Source: Lama glama (taxonomy: Eukaryota). Taken from it: a DNA stretch of 64,000 bases. Both the position numbers and the translations under genes were made by a program. The DNA is taken from positions 22,198,001 to 22,262,000 of the forward strand of contig CM052817.1 of assembly GCA_028534125.1 (NCBI GenBank). The letters are read 5' to 3'. The notes beneath the pieces were generated by a model. The model was not told where the DNA came from. It made no database searches and was given only the letters and a program-made list of their open reading frames with translations. Of this stretch, positions 1 to 14,065 are shown piece after piece; position 1 is the first letter of the stretch, and every line of letters begins with the position of its first letter.

Positions 1-186
1 TTCACATTCTGTGCAGGACAGAGCAGGAAGGTGCAAGATTTCATCATACTACTCAGAACAGCACACAAATTAAAACTTAAAAATTGTTTATTTCTGGAAT
101 TTTCCATTTAATATTTTTGGACCACGGTTGACTGCAGGTAATTGAAATTGTGGAAAGCAAAATTTCAGGTAAAGGGGGGACTACTA
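1..186 (-). mobile_element. MER44/Tigger7-like DNA transposon end (TcMar-Tigger), cut by window start
   Basis: The reverse complement resembles the MER44 start (tagtagtcccccctt...cagtcaaccgtggtccaaaaatattaaatggaaaattccagaaataaacaa). The terminus is followed by TA. Confidence 0.8.
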
Positions 187-856
187 TATATAATTTTATC
201 TTCCAGTAGAATTTGGCTATACTTGTTTATTTGCAAATGATAAAATGGAACATTTATGAATGTTCTCAGCAAACCCCTGTATCTTTTCATATTTATAATC
301 CTGAACAACTATATTTTATCACTCTTTTCTGTAAGGTTAGTATTGCTCCTTATTGGGAAAGCAGAGTACTATAATAACTGCCTCATCCACCCCCATAGAC
401 AGGAAAACAAAAATTCAAACTTACAGCACAGCATAACACAATTTGGTTGGAAATATATTCAGATTACATCATAAAAGCCAAAACTCTGAGGATAAACTCA
501 CTTTCTTTTCTCCTTTCTGCATTTTACAAGCTTTTAAAAAAAAATAACTTTACTAATGGCACTACACTATTCTTTGGGCATGTGCAGGGAAGATAAGAGG
601 AATATGAGGTGCTATATTCAATGATAACTCATCGCAGCAAAGGAAACAATAATTGTCAGCTGTAATAGGGTAACCCTCCCAGAAGAAAAACCCTAATGCA
701 ATCTTGACACTAGAAAGTACAAACAAACAAACAACACTGAAATACTCACTTTATTTGTTCCTGTGATCGGTCATCCCAAAGTTTTTGTCACAACTGGGGC
801 CACTATCTAGACTGTCAGTGCCGTTTGTAAGAGCTACCACAATAGGAAGTGAATCT

Positions 857-1860
857 GGGTTTAACTTCCAGAGTATGCAAACAGCCCATAGAACTCAATA
901 GCCACAACACAAACAACTCAGTCAAAAAGTGGGCAGAAGACCTACAGACATTTCTCCAGTGAAGACATTCAGATGGCCAAAAGGCACATGAAAAAATGCT
1001 CAGTATCACTAATTATCAGACAAATGCAAATCAAAACTACAATGAGGAATCACCTCATACCAGTCAGAATAGCCATCATTCAAAAGTCCACCAATGATAG
1101 ATTTTAGAGAGAGCGTGAAGAAAAGGGAACCCATCTACATGGTTGTTGGGAATGTAATTTGGTGCAGCCATTGTGGAAAACAGTATGGAGATACCTTAAA
1201 AATGAAAAATAGACTTACTCTATGATCCAGTAATCCCACTCCTGGGCATATATCCATAGAAAACTCTAATTCAAAAAGATACATGCACCCTAATGTTCAT
1301 AGCAGCACTATTTACAATAACCAAGACATAGAAGCAGCCTAAATGTCCATCAACAGATGACTGGATAAAGAAGGCGTAGAACATATATACAGTGAAAGAC
1401 TACTCAGCCATAAAAAAGGATGAAATAATGCCATTTACAGCAACATGGATGGACCTAGAGATAATCATACTAAGTGAAGTAAATCAGACAAAGAAAAATA
1501 AATATCATATGATATCACTTATATGTGGAATCTAAAAAAGTGACACAAATGAACTTATTTACAAAACAAAAATGGACTCACAGACCTAGAAAACAAACTT
1601 ATGGTTACTAAAGAGAAAAAAGAGAGACAATGGGATAAACTAGGAGTTTGGGATTAGCAAATGCAAACTACTATATGCAAAATAGATAAACAAAAAGATC
1701 CTACTGTATAGCACAGGGAAGTATATTCAATAACTTGTAATAACCTATAAAGAAAAAGAATCTGAAAAAGAATATATATGTATATGTGAATCACTATGCT
1801 GTACACTAGAAACTAACATAACGTTTTAAATCAACTACACTTCAATTAAAAACACAAAAA
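857..1860 (+). mobile_element. 5'-truncated LINE-1: ORF2 C-terminal remnant, 3'UTR and A-rich tail
   Basis: Typical L1 motifs aaaagtgggcagaagacc, atgcaaatcaaaactacaatgag and gcaacatggatggacctagag. Ends tcaactacacttcaattaaaaa. Confidence 0.93.
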
Positions 1861-2559
1861 GAAGGACACGAACCTGGTCTTGGTCTAACTGTTTCCAAGT
1901 GTGTGCAGATACATGGATCTTCAGAAATTTCTAGAAATAAGGGCTGCTTATCAGGTTGCTCTCAGGTGAATCATTTGAATTTTCTTTTTCCATCTAACCC
2001 CTGTGGATATGGAATGAAAGTACAAATTGAAGATTAGAAATAAAAGATTCTAACATGAGTTATTTTAGTAGTTTTCATTTTATTTCCATGTTTATTGGCA
2101 AATTAAAGTTTATTCTATTCCCCACCCACCCAATCCAGATCTCTTAAATGGTGGAATTTAAATACAAGTTAGAATGTTCTTTAGAGCATTAACTCAGAGG
2201 TACATATTGACCCAAAATAATACTTCTTAATAGTGTCATTTTAAATAGTATCTAAACATGAGCAGGTTGGCATTTTCCATCGAATGGAATGTTATACATA
2301 GAAAAATTCCAGAACTACTTATAGGATCTAGACATGATGTTTTACTCTTTTAACCTCCATTCATCTTCTTTAAGATAGGAGGCTTCAATTAGATGATTCT
2401 CTAAAGCATCTGCTGAATCTAAGATATGAAATGATTTAAGCAAATTTTCTAGTGTAGAAAGAACTGATATCACAGTGTGCTATGAGTGTTTGGAATCAGT
2501 CTTATTTTATGCACACACTCACTTACCTTCCATTTGACTTTTCACATCTTCTTACTGCT

Positions 2560-2745
2560 AATGATAGCCAAAATGTATTGTTTCTATGTTCCAGCCATTG
2601 TTCTAAACACATTACATGGCTTATTTTGTAATTCTTGCAGCAGCTCTGAGACAGTTGTTGTTATTATTAGTACTATGGCCATTTTACAGATGAAGGAGAG
2701 AAAGTTCAATTGGCTCAAGGTCACAGAGCTTGTAAGTGGTAAAAG
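2560..2745 (-). mobile_element. MIR SINE relic
   Basis: ccattttacagatgaagg...caaggtcacagagcttgtaagtgg is the reverse complement of the MIR core. Confidence 0.75.
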
Positions 2746-4284
2746 AGATAGTTAATAAGCTCACTCTAAAAGACATGCCATTAGCACTCATAACACTGTC
2801 TCTGCCAACTAAACAAAGGCAAGCTGCAAGCTGTTATGTGTACCCATTGCTATTACCAAAGTCTATTCCTTTAGAGAGTCTGTGTGTAAATGGTAAGAGT
2901 AAGCAACAATGTAAAATATTAGGATGGAAGTGTCAAAGGAAACTAGAAATACACAATTTTACCTCAAAATACAAAAAGGAAATTCCAAGGGCGGAGTGCA
3001 AGTATCAAATGGTAGTTTTTGAATAGGAGACAAGATTCCAAATGTCTGGTAATTAGAAATCATTGGTGTCTTTAGAATGAGAAGGTTCACTAGTGTAACC
3101 AATAAGGAAGGAGATTAAAGTTAATTGACTAGCATATACAAAGGGGAAGAAGACCATAGGGAAAGACCTATGTTTATTTAAGATATTCATACAGAGAGGG
3201 GAAGGAGAGAAGTGACATTTATCAGGGCTTAATTGTAAAACATTTGATTTGTTTTTTCAAGACGGAAGTGATCTAAAAGAAAGTAATTAAATTGGAAGAA
3301 AATTTTAAGACACATCTTCGAAAAAGTTCTAAGAAAGGGTCTTTGGAGGGAAAAAAATAAGTTTTTTCTCAGAGTCAGCAAAAAAGGAAATAAAAAGAAA
3401 AGGGGACGGGGGAGCAGAAAGCTGTTAAGAGAGAAGTTCATACCCAAATGTTTCTGTTTCCTCAGGGAAGTAGGCTAGGTCAGCTGCTCAGGATGGACTT
3501 AAATGGGGTTGGGAAGTAATTTAGTGCATCTCATAGTCTAGTGCAGACACAGAGGAAATGTGTTCCTCAGGTCTTTTCCTTCAGGTCTCATGTATTTAAA
3601 TTCCCCACTTTTGTATTAGAATTGATGTTAGAAAGCAAAATATTTGAGGATAAATTTATAACACCATATGGGTTAGCATATCATTTAATTATGAAAATCA
3701 GGGAGCAGGGAAATGACGAAGTTGAGAGCAGAGTATTGAAAAAGTCAGAAAAAAAGTGAGATATAGCCTCAAAAGCAAACTCCAGGTATTCAGAGCTGGA
3801 GAATTGATTAATATATTTAAAAATCACTTATTTAACACCTATCAATGTTGCAGTTCTGAAAAATAGGATTGGGAAATAATGATACAAAGAGAGAAAGCAT
3901 TAACTTAACACCTGTTCACTGCAAAGCTGCAACAGACAATCTGCTTTGACAGAATCTTGGAATTTACAAAAATGAATAAAACCATGACTTCGCCCTCAAA
4001 TGGATGGTAATTTATATCCATTTATTTATTTATTTATTTATTTGTATTTTATACTGGAACAAATCAACACTATTGATAATAGTATTAAAATTAATGCAGA
4101 ATTTTAATATAAAAGTTTTTTTTTTTCCAACTTAAATCACAGGGAAGGAAGCTACTCAGGCCCTGAACTGGTCAAAAAACATGTTATAGGGCATTTCCAC
4201 CGAAAGGTAAGTACAGCACAAAGGTCAGTGGAAAGTGTAAGTAGAGGATTGACTTCCTACAATTTGAAGGTTACTTTTCAGTCC

Positions 4285-4560
4285 ATTTCCTGGAAGATGT
4301 GAACTTAGACCTTGAAGGAGAGGTTGAATTTGGATATATAGATGGAAAAGGAATGTTCATTTTGGAGGAAATGTTATAAACAGAGTTATACTGTGGGAAG
4401 TTATGTAGGTCCACAGAGCTGATTTTATGCAGTTTAATTACATTGGAGGACAGGGTGTGAGAAGGTAAATTAATGCCAGGTTGAAAGATATGTTAGAGTT
4501 TGGACATTTTAGAGTATGTGTTTTAGTGGATTTTTGAGCAAAGTGTGATAGCACTGGAAG
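4285..4560 (-). mobile_element. L2 LINE relic (approximate)
   Basis: cctggaagatgtgaacttagaccttgaaggagaggttgaatttgg resembles the antisense L2 3' region. Confidence 0.45.
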
Positions 4561-5130
4561 TGTGTTTATCTGCTATTGTCTTCTCTGATCTACCCTTTTC
4601 CCAAAGGACATTTTAGCAGTAAATGCTTTTATTTATCACAGTATTTACCCATGACACTATAACCACTTGTTCGCTGATGGGATTCCACCACTGAACTTTA
4701 AACTACTCAAAGGCAAAGACTAATTTTCACTTATCTCTGACTTCCAAGTAACCAGTGCAGTGCATTTTTCAGAATTCAATATATTTTAATTAAATTAGAT
4801 GAAGATTTACTTATAAGTAAGGTAGATATTAAATCCAACAGAAGTGCAAAAAAATGGGAGGGAGAAGAAAAAAGAACTTTCTCTAGTGCAGTAACTTTTA
4901 TTGCTCTCCCGTTTACATCAAACTCTAAGGTACAAATTTAATGTTAGCTCTTTCCTCTGTCTATAGTCAGCTGAGAAAAGCTATATATGGTATTGAGTCT
5001 ACCTCTCTACAGCTCTACTTTTGAATTTGAGGCTAATGTCACATCTAATAATTATTCTTTGGATATTCTTCCTACTTTTATATGAATAAGATGACAGTTT
5101 CAGGGGTAGATGTGAGGTAGCCATTCCTTA

Positions 5131-5743
5131 TGACCGAGATGACCTTGATACTTCCTTCAGCTTGACTAAACGTTGGATAGACTTCTTCCTGCCTCTAGGA
5201 CCCTGAACTCCTCACTCCAATCCTTACAGTATCCAGATAATCTAACCACAGAGGTCTCTCTCCTTCCTTTTCTTAGAGCATTTACTTTAGAAAACTTGGC
5301 ATACCTACCTCATTATCAATTCTCCTCTGCCCATTTGAAATGCAAGTTTTTTTTCAAAAAGTCTCTTGTCATTTTTTCAACTTAGAACTATCTTTCTCAG
5401 GTACCTGGAAACATCCCTTTGAAATGTAATCATCAAGAAAGATCGCCCCCCTGCCTCCCAGTCTCTGTGACAGGTTAGGAGCCTAACTTTAGTGATGCTT
5501 TGCTCCAAGTTCTAAAATTATCTCCTGTCATGAAGTTAGGAGGAAGTTTACTTTCTCTTTGGGTAAGTCTAGCTAGCAAATGCAGGAGTCCTATAATTTC
5601 CCCAACCCCAGCCTTTAAAAACTCTCCCACTCTTTGTTTCAGCAAAGCTGAGCTCCAACTACTGCTGATCTCTCTCCTGCTGCAATTGCCTTGAATAAAG
5701 TCTTCCTTCCCTATTTAACTTCAGTGCAATTTTGACTGTGACA
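5131..5743 (+). mobile_element. Solo ERV1 LTR (MER67/MER31-like, MER4 group)
   Basis: TG...CA ends (tgaccgag...tgtgaca), perfect 4-bp TSD CTTA (5127-5130/5744-5747), motif ttcttagagcatttactttagaaaac, and AATAAA near the 3' end. Confidence 0.88.
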
Positions 5744-8539
5744 CTTACCTTAAAAATATCTGAGGTAGGTGGCCTAAACCAATCACACTGAAGCTCTGGG
5801 ACAAACTCTCTTACTTCTCCCTTGACTCCTCATTTACACTCTCATTCTTTCATACCTCCCCTTGTCTTGAATTGATAAAACACCATATTATCTTTGAGGA
5901 TGGATTGGAAATAGGAAAATTAAACCTTTCCATTGGCTTTTATCCTAGTCTATTTGGCCATGACAGATCAATAAGAAGGGGCTTCTTCATGTAACCCAGC
6001 TAGCCTCAGCAAACCTATACATATGCCTGGATTTCAAGCTGTGTGGGTAGTAAAATACTCCTTTGCGCTGCTTTCCCTTGTTTCTCAATGGAATTTCTAT
6101 GAATAGCTCGGGAAACAAAGCTAGACGTTAGAGGCCAGAGATTAGGTACCCTTAATCCTGGGTATATTACGTATCACTTCACTTAGTCACAACTGTAATG
6201 AACCCCAAATTTCTGCGTAATTCAATAATTAATTAAAGTCTGCCTTAGGGTTATGGGAGTAGAATAAGAATATAAAAGATATTTAAAAGTCAAATCAAAA
6301 TGATTTTTCAAAATATACAATAAGGGTAAAAGAGTTAGGAGGCCATTTTTTCCTTCTATAATGAACACAAAAGGGTTGTGGAGACAGGACAAAGAAATAT
6401 TTAAATGTCTAATGATTGATCTATTTGATTTAAAACAACAAGTGGTAAATATCCATTCTTAATACATGTTTCTATTTACAAATGCTAGAGGTGATCAGAC
6501 TGCATAAGATCCTAAGAAAAATATTGGATTTATTTTTGCTTAGGAGACAGAGCAAGTTACAGTATATTAGGGATAAAACTGAGGTGGACAAAAGAAATAG
6601 TTAACAGAATATTTTTGTTGCAGCAAGTTTACCATAGTGAAGACCAGCAACCAAAGTGAAGCAGGAGAATTCTCTAAAAGGAAAGGAATGAGGACAACCA
6701 AATTTAGAATTAGAGGAGCTGAAGAGTGAAAATAAAATTCTTTGGGTACCACAGCAAGTTATGACTTCCCAGACAGTTTTAGAGAGTAAATTATTGTTCT
6801 TATTCTCCAATGTGTTTTATTCAGATTACATCTCCAGTTAAATATAAAAACATAAAATGATATCATATGTTCTTAATGATGATATAATTCTACTCAAACT
6901 CCCAGATCTCCTAATTTTAACTTTTAGATATTTTATGAGTTTGTGGTACTTTTATCTAAGGAAAAATTTTGGAATTTGTGCCAAAGGACAATTCTTAGAA
7001 GGAATGGAGTAGCTCTATGAAAAGCAGTTTCTAGAATAGAGGTGACACAGCTGTCCCTTCCTTCTCCTGCCCCGTTCTCAAGAAACTCAAAAGGCCTTCA
7101 GAGCTTTTGCGTCAGATTTCTGAGAGATGGTTAGGATTTTTGATGGTTAGTTATGGAGAAGCCATGAAAATACTATTCTGTGGATGTTCATAGTATCCTA
7201 GTCTTAACTTCAGATTTGGGTAGCTTGTTAAATAAAAATTGCCTGGTTTTCCTGTTTATTTTAATGTAAAATATGCAAAATTTATTCCAACATCCACACT
7301 CTCAGTTTGGCAATTATTAGTTTAATTATAGTTCTAAGTATCAAACCTCTAAACATACTATTAAAAATGAAAATTCTTTGATGACTGTTCTCTGAAGCTT
7401 TTCTTCATCAATGTCAGAAAATATGTGATATCTGAAAGTTGACTTTTGAAGAATCAGGGACTGTTGCTGTCAAAATCAGGTTATGACCCAGGACAGCCAC
7501 CACCGGAGAACACTCACAAAATAGCATTATAAGACTCAGTGCTACAATGATCCGAGAAGGGTAGCTAACCATAGGCACTACTGTTTGGTTCAGAGGAGCA
7601 CCAATTAATTTGTCTGCTCTCTGATCCACTGAAGAACTCAGCTGGGAACCAAACAAAGCCAGATTTTTTTTTTAAATCTAACATTTGAGATATTTTATGT
7701 GTTCTTTCAAGTAGACTATATTTTAGACTCTAGAAGTAAGGGTCATAACTCTTGTATCTCTTGTCGTAGAATTAGAGTTTGTCAAAGGTGTTAAAAATAA
7801 AGTGAGTGTGAAAGTTCTATGAGGGTTATGAGAAGGGTGAGGAAACAGTAAAGAAGGACTAAGGTAAGGCCTTGAGATAAGAGTAATAACAACAATAAAA
7901 TGATGATGATGAAAAGTTTCTTTCCATCTCCTTGGCTTTCCACTGTTCCTCTTGAGAATCAAATTTTTATGTACTTTAAACTCCAGTAAGAATAACTGTG
8001 ATAAAAATTATAAATTTTCTATTATAAAAATTAACCTTTGAATTTTGAGTAAAGAGCTGATGGAATTAGGAATTGATTTAAGAATTGATTTTGGAGATCT
8101 ACAAAAATCCCAACAATCTCTCCATTTCCTAAATTCCTATCAAATATAGTACCATATACATGACCTTTCCTCACACTGCTAGAAACATACATAAACTTTA
8201 TCACACGTTGACAGTTATATTTGAGAACACTTCCCAGAAATTAAATTGTTTCCCCACTTTCACATACAATTTTGTGTTTCTTCCAAATCCCAAATTGTCA
8301 TCTTTTCAAGTCTGTCTCCAGAACTCTTACTCAATAAAATTTTCTAGCAATGCCATATGTTCATATTTTTCTCTTTCTTGATTCTTTTTTGAGTGCCAGA
8401 GAGTTTTCAAGCATTGTGTGTACATGTGTGTGTGTGAGTGATATGTGTTTCTATATGTCTGTGTTTAGCTCCCATAGAAATACATTATAAAAATACATAA
8501 AGAGTCTTTGTCTCCTTACCATGATAGAATGATTGGTAC

Positions 8540-11170
8540 GAGACTTACATTCTCTTTATGACGTAGAAAACAGAACAGCATATCTAAACAAGTATTTCAG
8601 ACAGTAAATAAAAGGCATAAAACAACTGTGATTCTTGGGAGTAGGGAAAAGTTCTACAACATCACTGGCTTTCTGTCTGGGGGAACTTCTAGCCTGTAGT
8701 AAAAGGAGGGGAAACTCAGAAATAGAGAAGGGAAATTAATAATATTGTGATCTCACTGAGTTGAGGAAATGGAAATTAAAGTTGAGGGACACTGAAGTGG
8801 CTAGAATTGTCAGATCACAGTACCAAGAAAATGAAGCAAAGTAGAAAATGAAATCCAGAAATCTGAATGGAATAGCCTTGATTTTTGTTGTTGGATACTG
8901 TAAATTGAGAGGGAGACTCTCCAGTCAGTCAATGAAAACTAAAAAAAGTTATATGCTGAGCAATTCCCAATGCTCACATAGGATGAGGTAGGCATTTGGG
9001 TTCCAGCTAAGCAGCTTGAGAAAACCTTGTTAAATAACAAGAGAATTCAGTAGAATCTCATAGTAATGTTAAACTTGCTTATAAGAAAAGTTATGGCTCC
9101 ATTAAAACAAACCTCCAAAATAAGACTTTGAAATACTGGAGCTAATCCACAAGTAACTTAACTGGCTGTCAAAACAAAAGTCAACACATTTTAAAGGAAG
9201 AAAATACATTCTGGACATTCAGCAGCATAACATTTACCAAGTCTAGCACTCAATAAACTATAAAAAGATACCTAGAAAATTCCAAATATTTAGAAATTAA
9301 ACAACATTTTGAATAAGTTATTTATGATAAAATATCTTGGCAAATAAACAATATAAAAGGACTTGATTAACTTGATAAAGAGAATCTCCTAAAAACCTAC
9401 AGCTAATATCATACATAATTGAATGACTTAACACTTCCCAAGATTCAAAAGAAGACAAGCATATTTCCTCTCAAAACTTCAAGTCAGCATTAGATGCCCT
9501 AGCATGTGCAATAAAGCCAGAAAAAGAAGTGCAAGTCACAGAGCTTAGAAAGGAAGGGGAAAACCCTCAATTCACAGAAAGCAAGGTCATTGTTGCAGGT
9601 TGTGTTGCCTGCAGACTCTGATATGGAAGCTAGCAAGTAGGAATTTTATTTAGAAACATCCCTGGAATTAATATCTGTGGTCAGAAGGATAAGGAGCTAC
9701 TATCAGGTAAAGGAAGAAGCCATGCTGAGATGCAAAACCAAGAAAGCCTCAAGTAAGCCCATGGGAGCTGTGGAATTACAATGCCACTTTAGAGTTGGGA
9801 CAAGGTGGTCAAACTTTATACTGCTCCATGAAGGGGTAATCTTTGGGCAAATCGGCTGCTTCCAACTGAGGCAGTCTCTGAAGAAGCTGATGGCTGCACA
9901 CTGACTACCAAGAGCATTCCCAGCACCTAGGTGAGAAATCTTCCACTGAACCATAATATGGCAGCAGTACACAGTATCCATGGTAATTAAGAGTATAGAA
10001 CACCCAGAAGAATCTACTAAAAATTAATAGAAATAAGAAACATGAATTTAGCTAGGTCAGGGGATATACAATTTATATACAATAATCAAATGTGTTACTT
10101 TATATGACAAATAAACAATTAGAAACTAAAATTAAAAATATAATTTATAATATCATCCAAAATTAGGAAATAGGTATTAATTTAGCACAGTGTGTATAAG
10201 ACCTCTACATTGAAACTATAATCTGTGTTGGGAAAAATTAAAGAACCACTACTAAGTAGAGAAATATATCATGTGCATAGATTGGAAGACTTAATATTAA
10301 GTTGTCAGTTTTCCCCAAATAATCTGTAAATTCAGTACAGGACAAACCCAAATCCCAGAAGACTTTATTTTGTAGAATTTGACAAATGAATGTGTAATCT
10401 ATATAGCAATGGGAACATTATAGAATAGTCAAAACAATTATTTAAAAAATTAGAAAATTTCACTGCCCGATTTAAAGACTTAGCTTAAAGCTACAGTAAT
10501 CAAGAGAATCTAGTCTTGGCATAAGAGAGACATATAGGTAAGTGGAATAGAATATATGTACTGAAATAGACAGACTTGTATACACGGTTTTGACAAAAAT
10601 GCCAGCATAATAAAATGGGGAGGTAATAGTTGCTTCTGTGAGAAGTGCTGGAAGAATTAGACATAGATATGGAGAAAAATAAATCGCAGCTCTTATCTCA
10701 TAAAATTTAAATTGACATGAATTTTAATCCTAAAGACAAGCGCTAAAACTGAAATGTCTAGATGAAAACATAAAAGAAAATCCTTTTGACCTTGAACTTG
10801 GCAAGCATTTCTTAGAACACAAAAAATAAAACCAAAAATAAAACCTTGATAAAGTCGACTTCAACTAATTAGAAAATTTCTGTTCTGTGAAAACCATTAT
10901 TGAGAAAGTAAAAAGACGAGGCACAGACAGGGAAAAATTATTCATAATATAAGTATCTAACACAGTACTTGTATCCAGAATATATTAAGAAGGCTTACAA
11001 TTCAATAATAAAACAATCACAATTTTTAAAAAATAGGCCATCAACTTGGATAGTTAACAAAACATCTACAAATGACCAACAAGCACATTAAAAGATACTT
11101 AACAATAGAAATTATCAGTAAAATACAAATTAAAACCACATTGAGATACCAGTACACACCAAGAAGATTA
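8540..11170 (+). mobile_element. Old fragmented LINE-1 (L1M-type: 5' region plus ORF2 pieces), interrupted by an LTR at ~9591-9984
   Basis: Degenerate ORF2 motifs aaaacctacagctaatatcatac, gattggaagacttaatatt, aaagctacagtaatcaag and caaattaaaaccacattgagatacc. Confidence 0.75.
9591..9984 (-). mobile_element. LTR16-like ERVL solo LTR nested in the old L1
   Basis: cagactctgatatggaagctagcaagtaggaattttatt...atctgtgg resembles the antisense LTR16 3' end. L1 ORF2 sequence resumes after it. Confidence 0.65.
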
Positions 11171-11331
11171 AAATAAGTACCCAAATTGAGAATAAGCATT
11201 TAGAAATATTTAGAGCACTCTGGAGCACTGTGACAAAGTAATTTCATGCCTGTGGATTTTAATGCTAACAAAGAGCCTATGTTTTGTATGTCTTTGTAAA
11301 GATTTTCCACTAAAATAGTAATTTATTTATC

Positions 11332-12681
11332 TTTTTTTAAATTAATTTATTTTTTATTGAAGTGTGGTCACTTTACAATGTTGTGCCAGTTTCTGATGTG
11401 CAGCATAATGTTTCAGTCATACATACATATACATATATTCCTTTCATATTCCTGTTCATTATAGGTTACTACAAGATATTGAATATAGGTCCTTCTGCTA
11501 TACAGTAGAAACTTATTTATCTACTTTATATACAGTAGTTAGTATCTGCAAATCTCGACCTCCTAATTTATCCCTTCCTACCCCATTTCCCCTCTGCTAA
11601 CCATAAGTTTGTTTCCCATATCTGTGAGTCTGTTTCTGTTTTGTAAATGAGTTCATTTGTATCTTTTTTTTTAAAGGTTCCACATATGAGTGATATCATA
11701 CGGTATTTTTCTTTCTCTTTCTGGCTTTCTTTGCTTAGAATGATGTTCTCCAAGTCCATCCATGTTGCTGCAAATGGTATTATTTTATTCTTTTTTATGG
11801 CTGAGTAGTAGTCTATTGTATAAACATATCACAACTTCTTTACCCATTCATCTGTCGATGGACATTTAGGTTGTTTCCATGTCTTGGCTATTGTAAATAG
11901 TAAACATTGGGGTGTATGTTGTACATTGGGGTGCATGAATCTTTTTGAATTAGAGTTTCCTCCGGATATGTGCCCAGGAGTAGGATTGCTGGATCATATG
12001 GTAAGTCTACTTTTAGTTTTTTGAGGAATCTCCATGCTTTTTTCCATAATGGCTGCACCAAACTGCATTCCCACCAACAGTGTAGGAGGGTTCCTTTTTC
12101 TCCGCACCCTCTCCAGCATTTATTGTTTGTGGGCTTTTGAATGATGGCCATTCTGACTGGTGTGAGGTGACACCTCATTGTAGTTTTGATTTGCATTTGT
12201 CTGATAATTAGCGATACTGAGCATTTTTTCACATGCCTATTGGCCATCTGAATGTCTTCATTGGAGAACTGCTTGTTTAGGTCTTCTGCCCATTGTTGGA
12301 TTGGGTTTTTCGGGGGTTTTTCGTTACTAATTTGTATAAGCTGTTTATATATCCTGGAAATTACACCCTTGTCAGTCACATCATTTGCAAATATTTTCTC
12401 CCATTCTGTAGGTTGTCGTTTTGTTTTGCGTATGGTTTCCATTGCTGTGCAAAAGCTTATAAGTTTAATTAGGTCCTGTTTGCTTATTTTTGCTCTTATG
12501 TTATTGCCTGGGTTCATTGTCCTAGGAGAACATTGGTAAGATTTATGTCAGAAAATGTTTTGCCTATGTTTCCGTCTAGGAGATTTATATCTTGTCTTAT
12601 GTTTAAGTCTTTAAGCCATTTGAGTTTATTTTTTTGTATGGTGTGAGGGAGTTTTCTAACTTCATTGATTTACATGCAGCC
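11332..12681 (-). mobile_element. Relatively young LINE-1 3' portion running into the assembly gap
   Basis: Poly-T tail, L1 3'UTR and a long open ORF2 stretch (ORF 11888..12517). Confidence 0.95.
11888..12517 (-). pseudogene. LINE-1 ORF2p C-terminal fragment including the CCHC motif
   Basis: Translation includes [48 protein letters not shown] and LPYDPAI. The reading frame is disrupted at both ends. Confidence 0.9.
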
Positions 12682-13181
12682 NNNNNNNNNNNNNNNNNNN
12701 NNNNNNNNNNNNNNNNNNNNNNNNNNNNNNNNNNNNNNNNNNNNNNNNNNNNNNNNNNNNNNNNNNNNNNNNNNNNNNNNNNNNNNNNNNNNNNNNNNNN
12801 NNNNNNNNNNNNNNNNNNNNNNNNNNNNNNNNNNNNNNNNNNNNNNNNNNNNNNNNNNNNNNNNNNNNNNNNNNNNNNNNNNNNNNNNNNNNNNNNNNNN
12901 NNNNNNNNNNNNNNNNNNNNNNNNNNNNNNNNNNNNNNNNNNNNNNNNNNNNNNNNNNNNNNNNNNNNNNNNNNNNNNNNNNNNNNNNNNNNNNNNNNNN
13001 NNNNNNNNNNNNNNNNNNNNNNNNNNNNNNNNNNNNNNNNNNNNNNNNNNNNNNNNNNNNNNNNNNNNNNNNNNNNNNNNNNNNNNNNNNNNNNNNNNNN
13101 NNNNNNNNNNNNNNNNNNNNNNNNNNNNNNNNNNNNNNNNNNNNNNNNNNNNNNNNNNNNNNNNNNNNNNNNNNNNNNNNN
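12682..13181. other. Assembly gap (500 N)
   Basis: Run of exactly 500 N. Confidence 1.
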
Positions 13182-13964
13182 CATAGAAGGGTGTGAAAGA
13201 TACTGCATTGTTTCCGTGTATAGTATAGATCGATGAAACTTAACGGGATATGTTATTAGAGCTATTTGGAAACTTCCAAACTATCATGGAAAACTTAAAT
13301 CTCCAAAAACTTTCTTGAGCCTTGCTTTGCTAATAGATTCTATGTGAATCCGGAAATCAATATATAATAATTTGCTATGGAAAACCTTTGTTATTATTCG
13401 CCCAACTCTTCTCTTCTACCAAAGAAATTAAACTGTGACTCGGTATAGTGGTAAAAGTTTTCTGAAGAGACATAGCAGTTAGTTTTATAATAGTTTTTGT
13501 GTCTTTTTTTTCTATGCAAGTCAGTGACTTATTTCCTATAAAGAAGAAAATAAAAAAATCTAGTATTGCTCCCATATGTTTGATTGAAAATTCATATTCA
13601 TAAAGTGGTAAAATGTGTGTAAAAAGTTAAACTTTCTGGAAAGACATGAAGCAGTGTGTATGGATATGTGTGTAGTTTTTGCAATGGGAGTTGTTATTTG
13701 GCCATTGTAGTGTTGTATTAATTTTTTGAGTAAAATTTCTTGTTATAAAGCAATAGAGTTGATTTTGTTTAATTACAGAATTATCTGCTTTCCTTCGTAA
13801 AGGCACCAGATAGCACTGAAGTTATTGAATTATATCAGTAACTCAAAGACCTTTATTGGTTTATAGATAATACCTCACTCTGAGGGAGATTTTAATGTAA
13901 TAATTACTAATCAGTCATACATGCTTCCTCTTGTGTCTATTGTTCTTTTCTTTTCCACAGAGAT

Positions 13965-14065
13965 ACTCATAGTACCTCTTACACAAAACTGTTGAGAGAA
14001 TTAAATGAGCTTTAAAAAAAAATGTCTGGAACATAAATGCCGCATCAGGGTTAGCTGATACTCTT
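13965..14065 (+). mobile_element. MIR 3' fragment
   Basis: agtacctcttacacaaaactgttgagagaattaaatgag resembles the MIR tail. Confidence 0.5.

Noticed and set aside
12603..13236. Long ORFs of 173-201 aa in the ORF track
   Set aside because: Artefacts of translating through the N gap.
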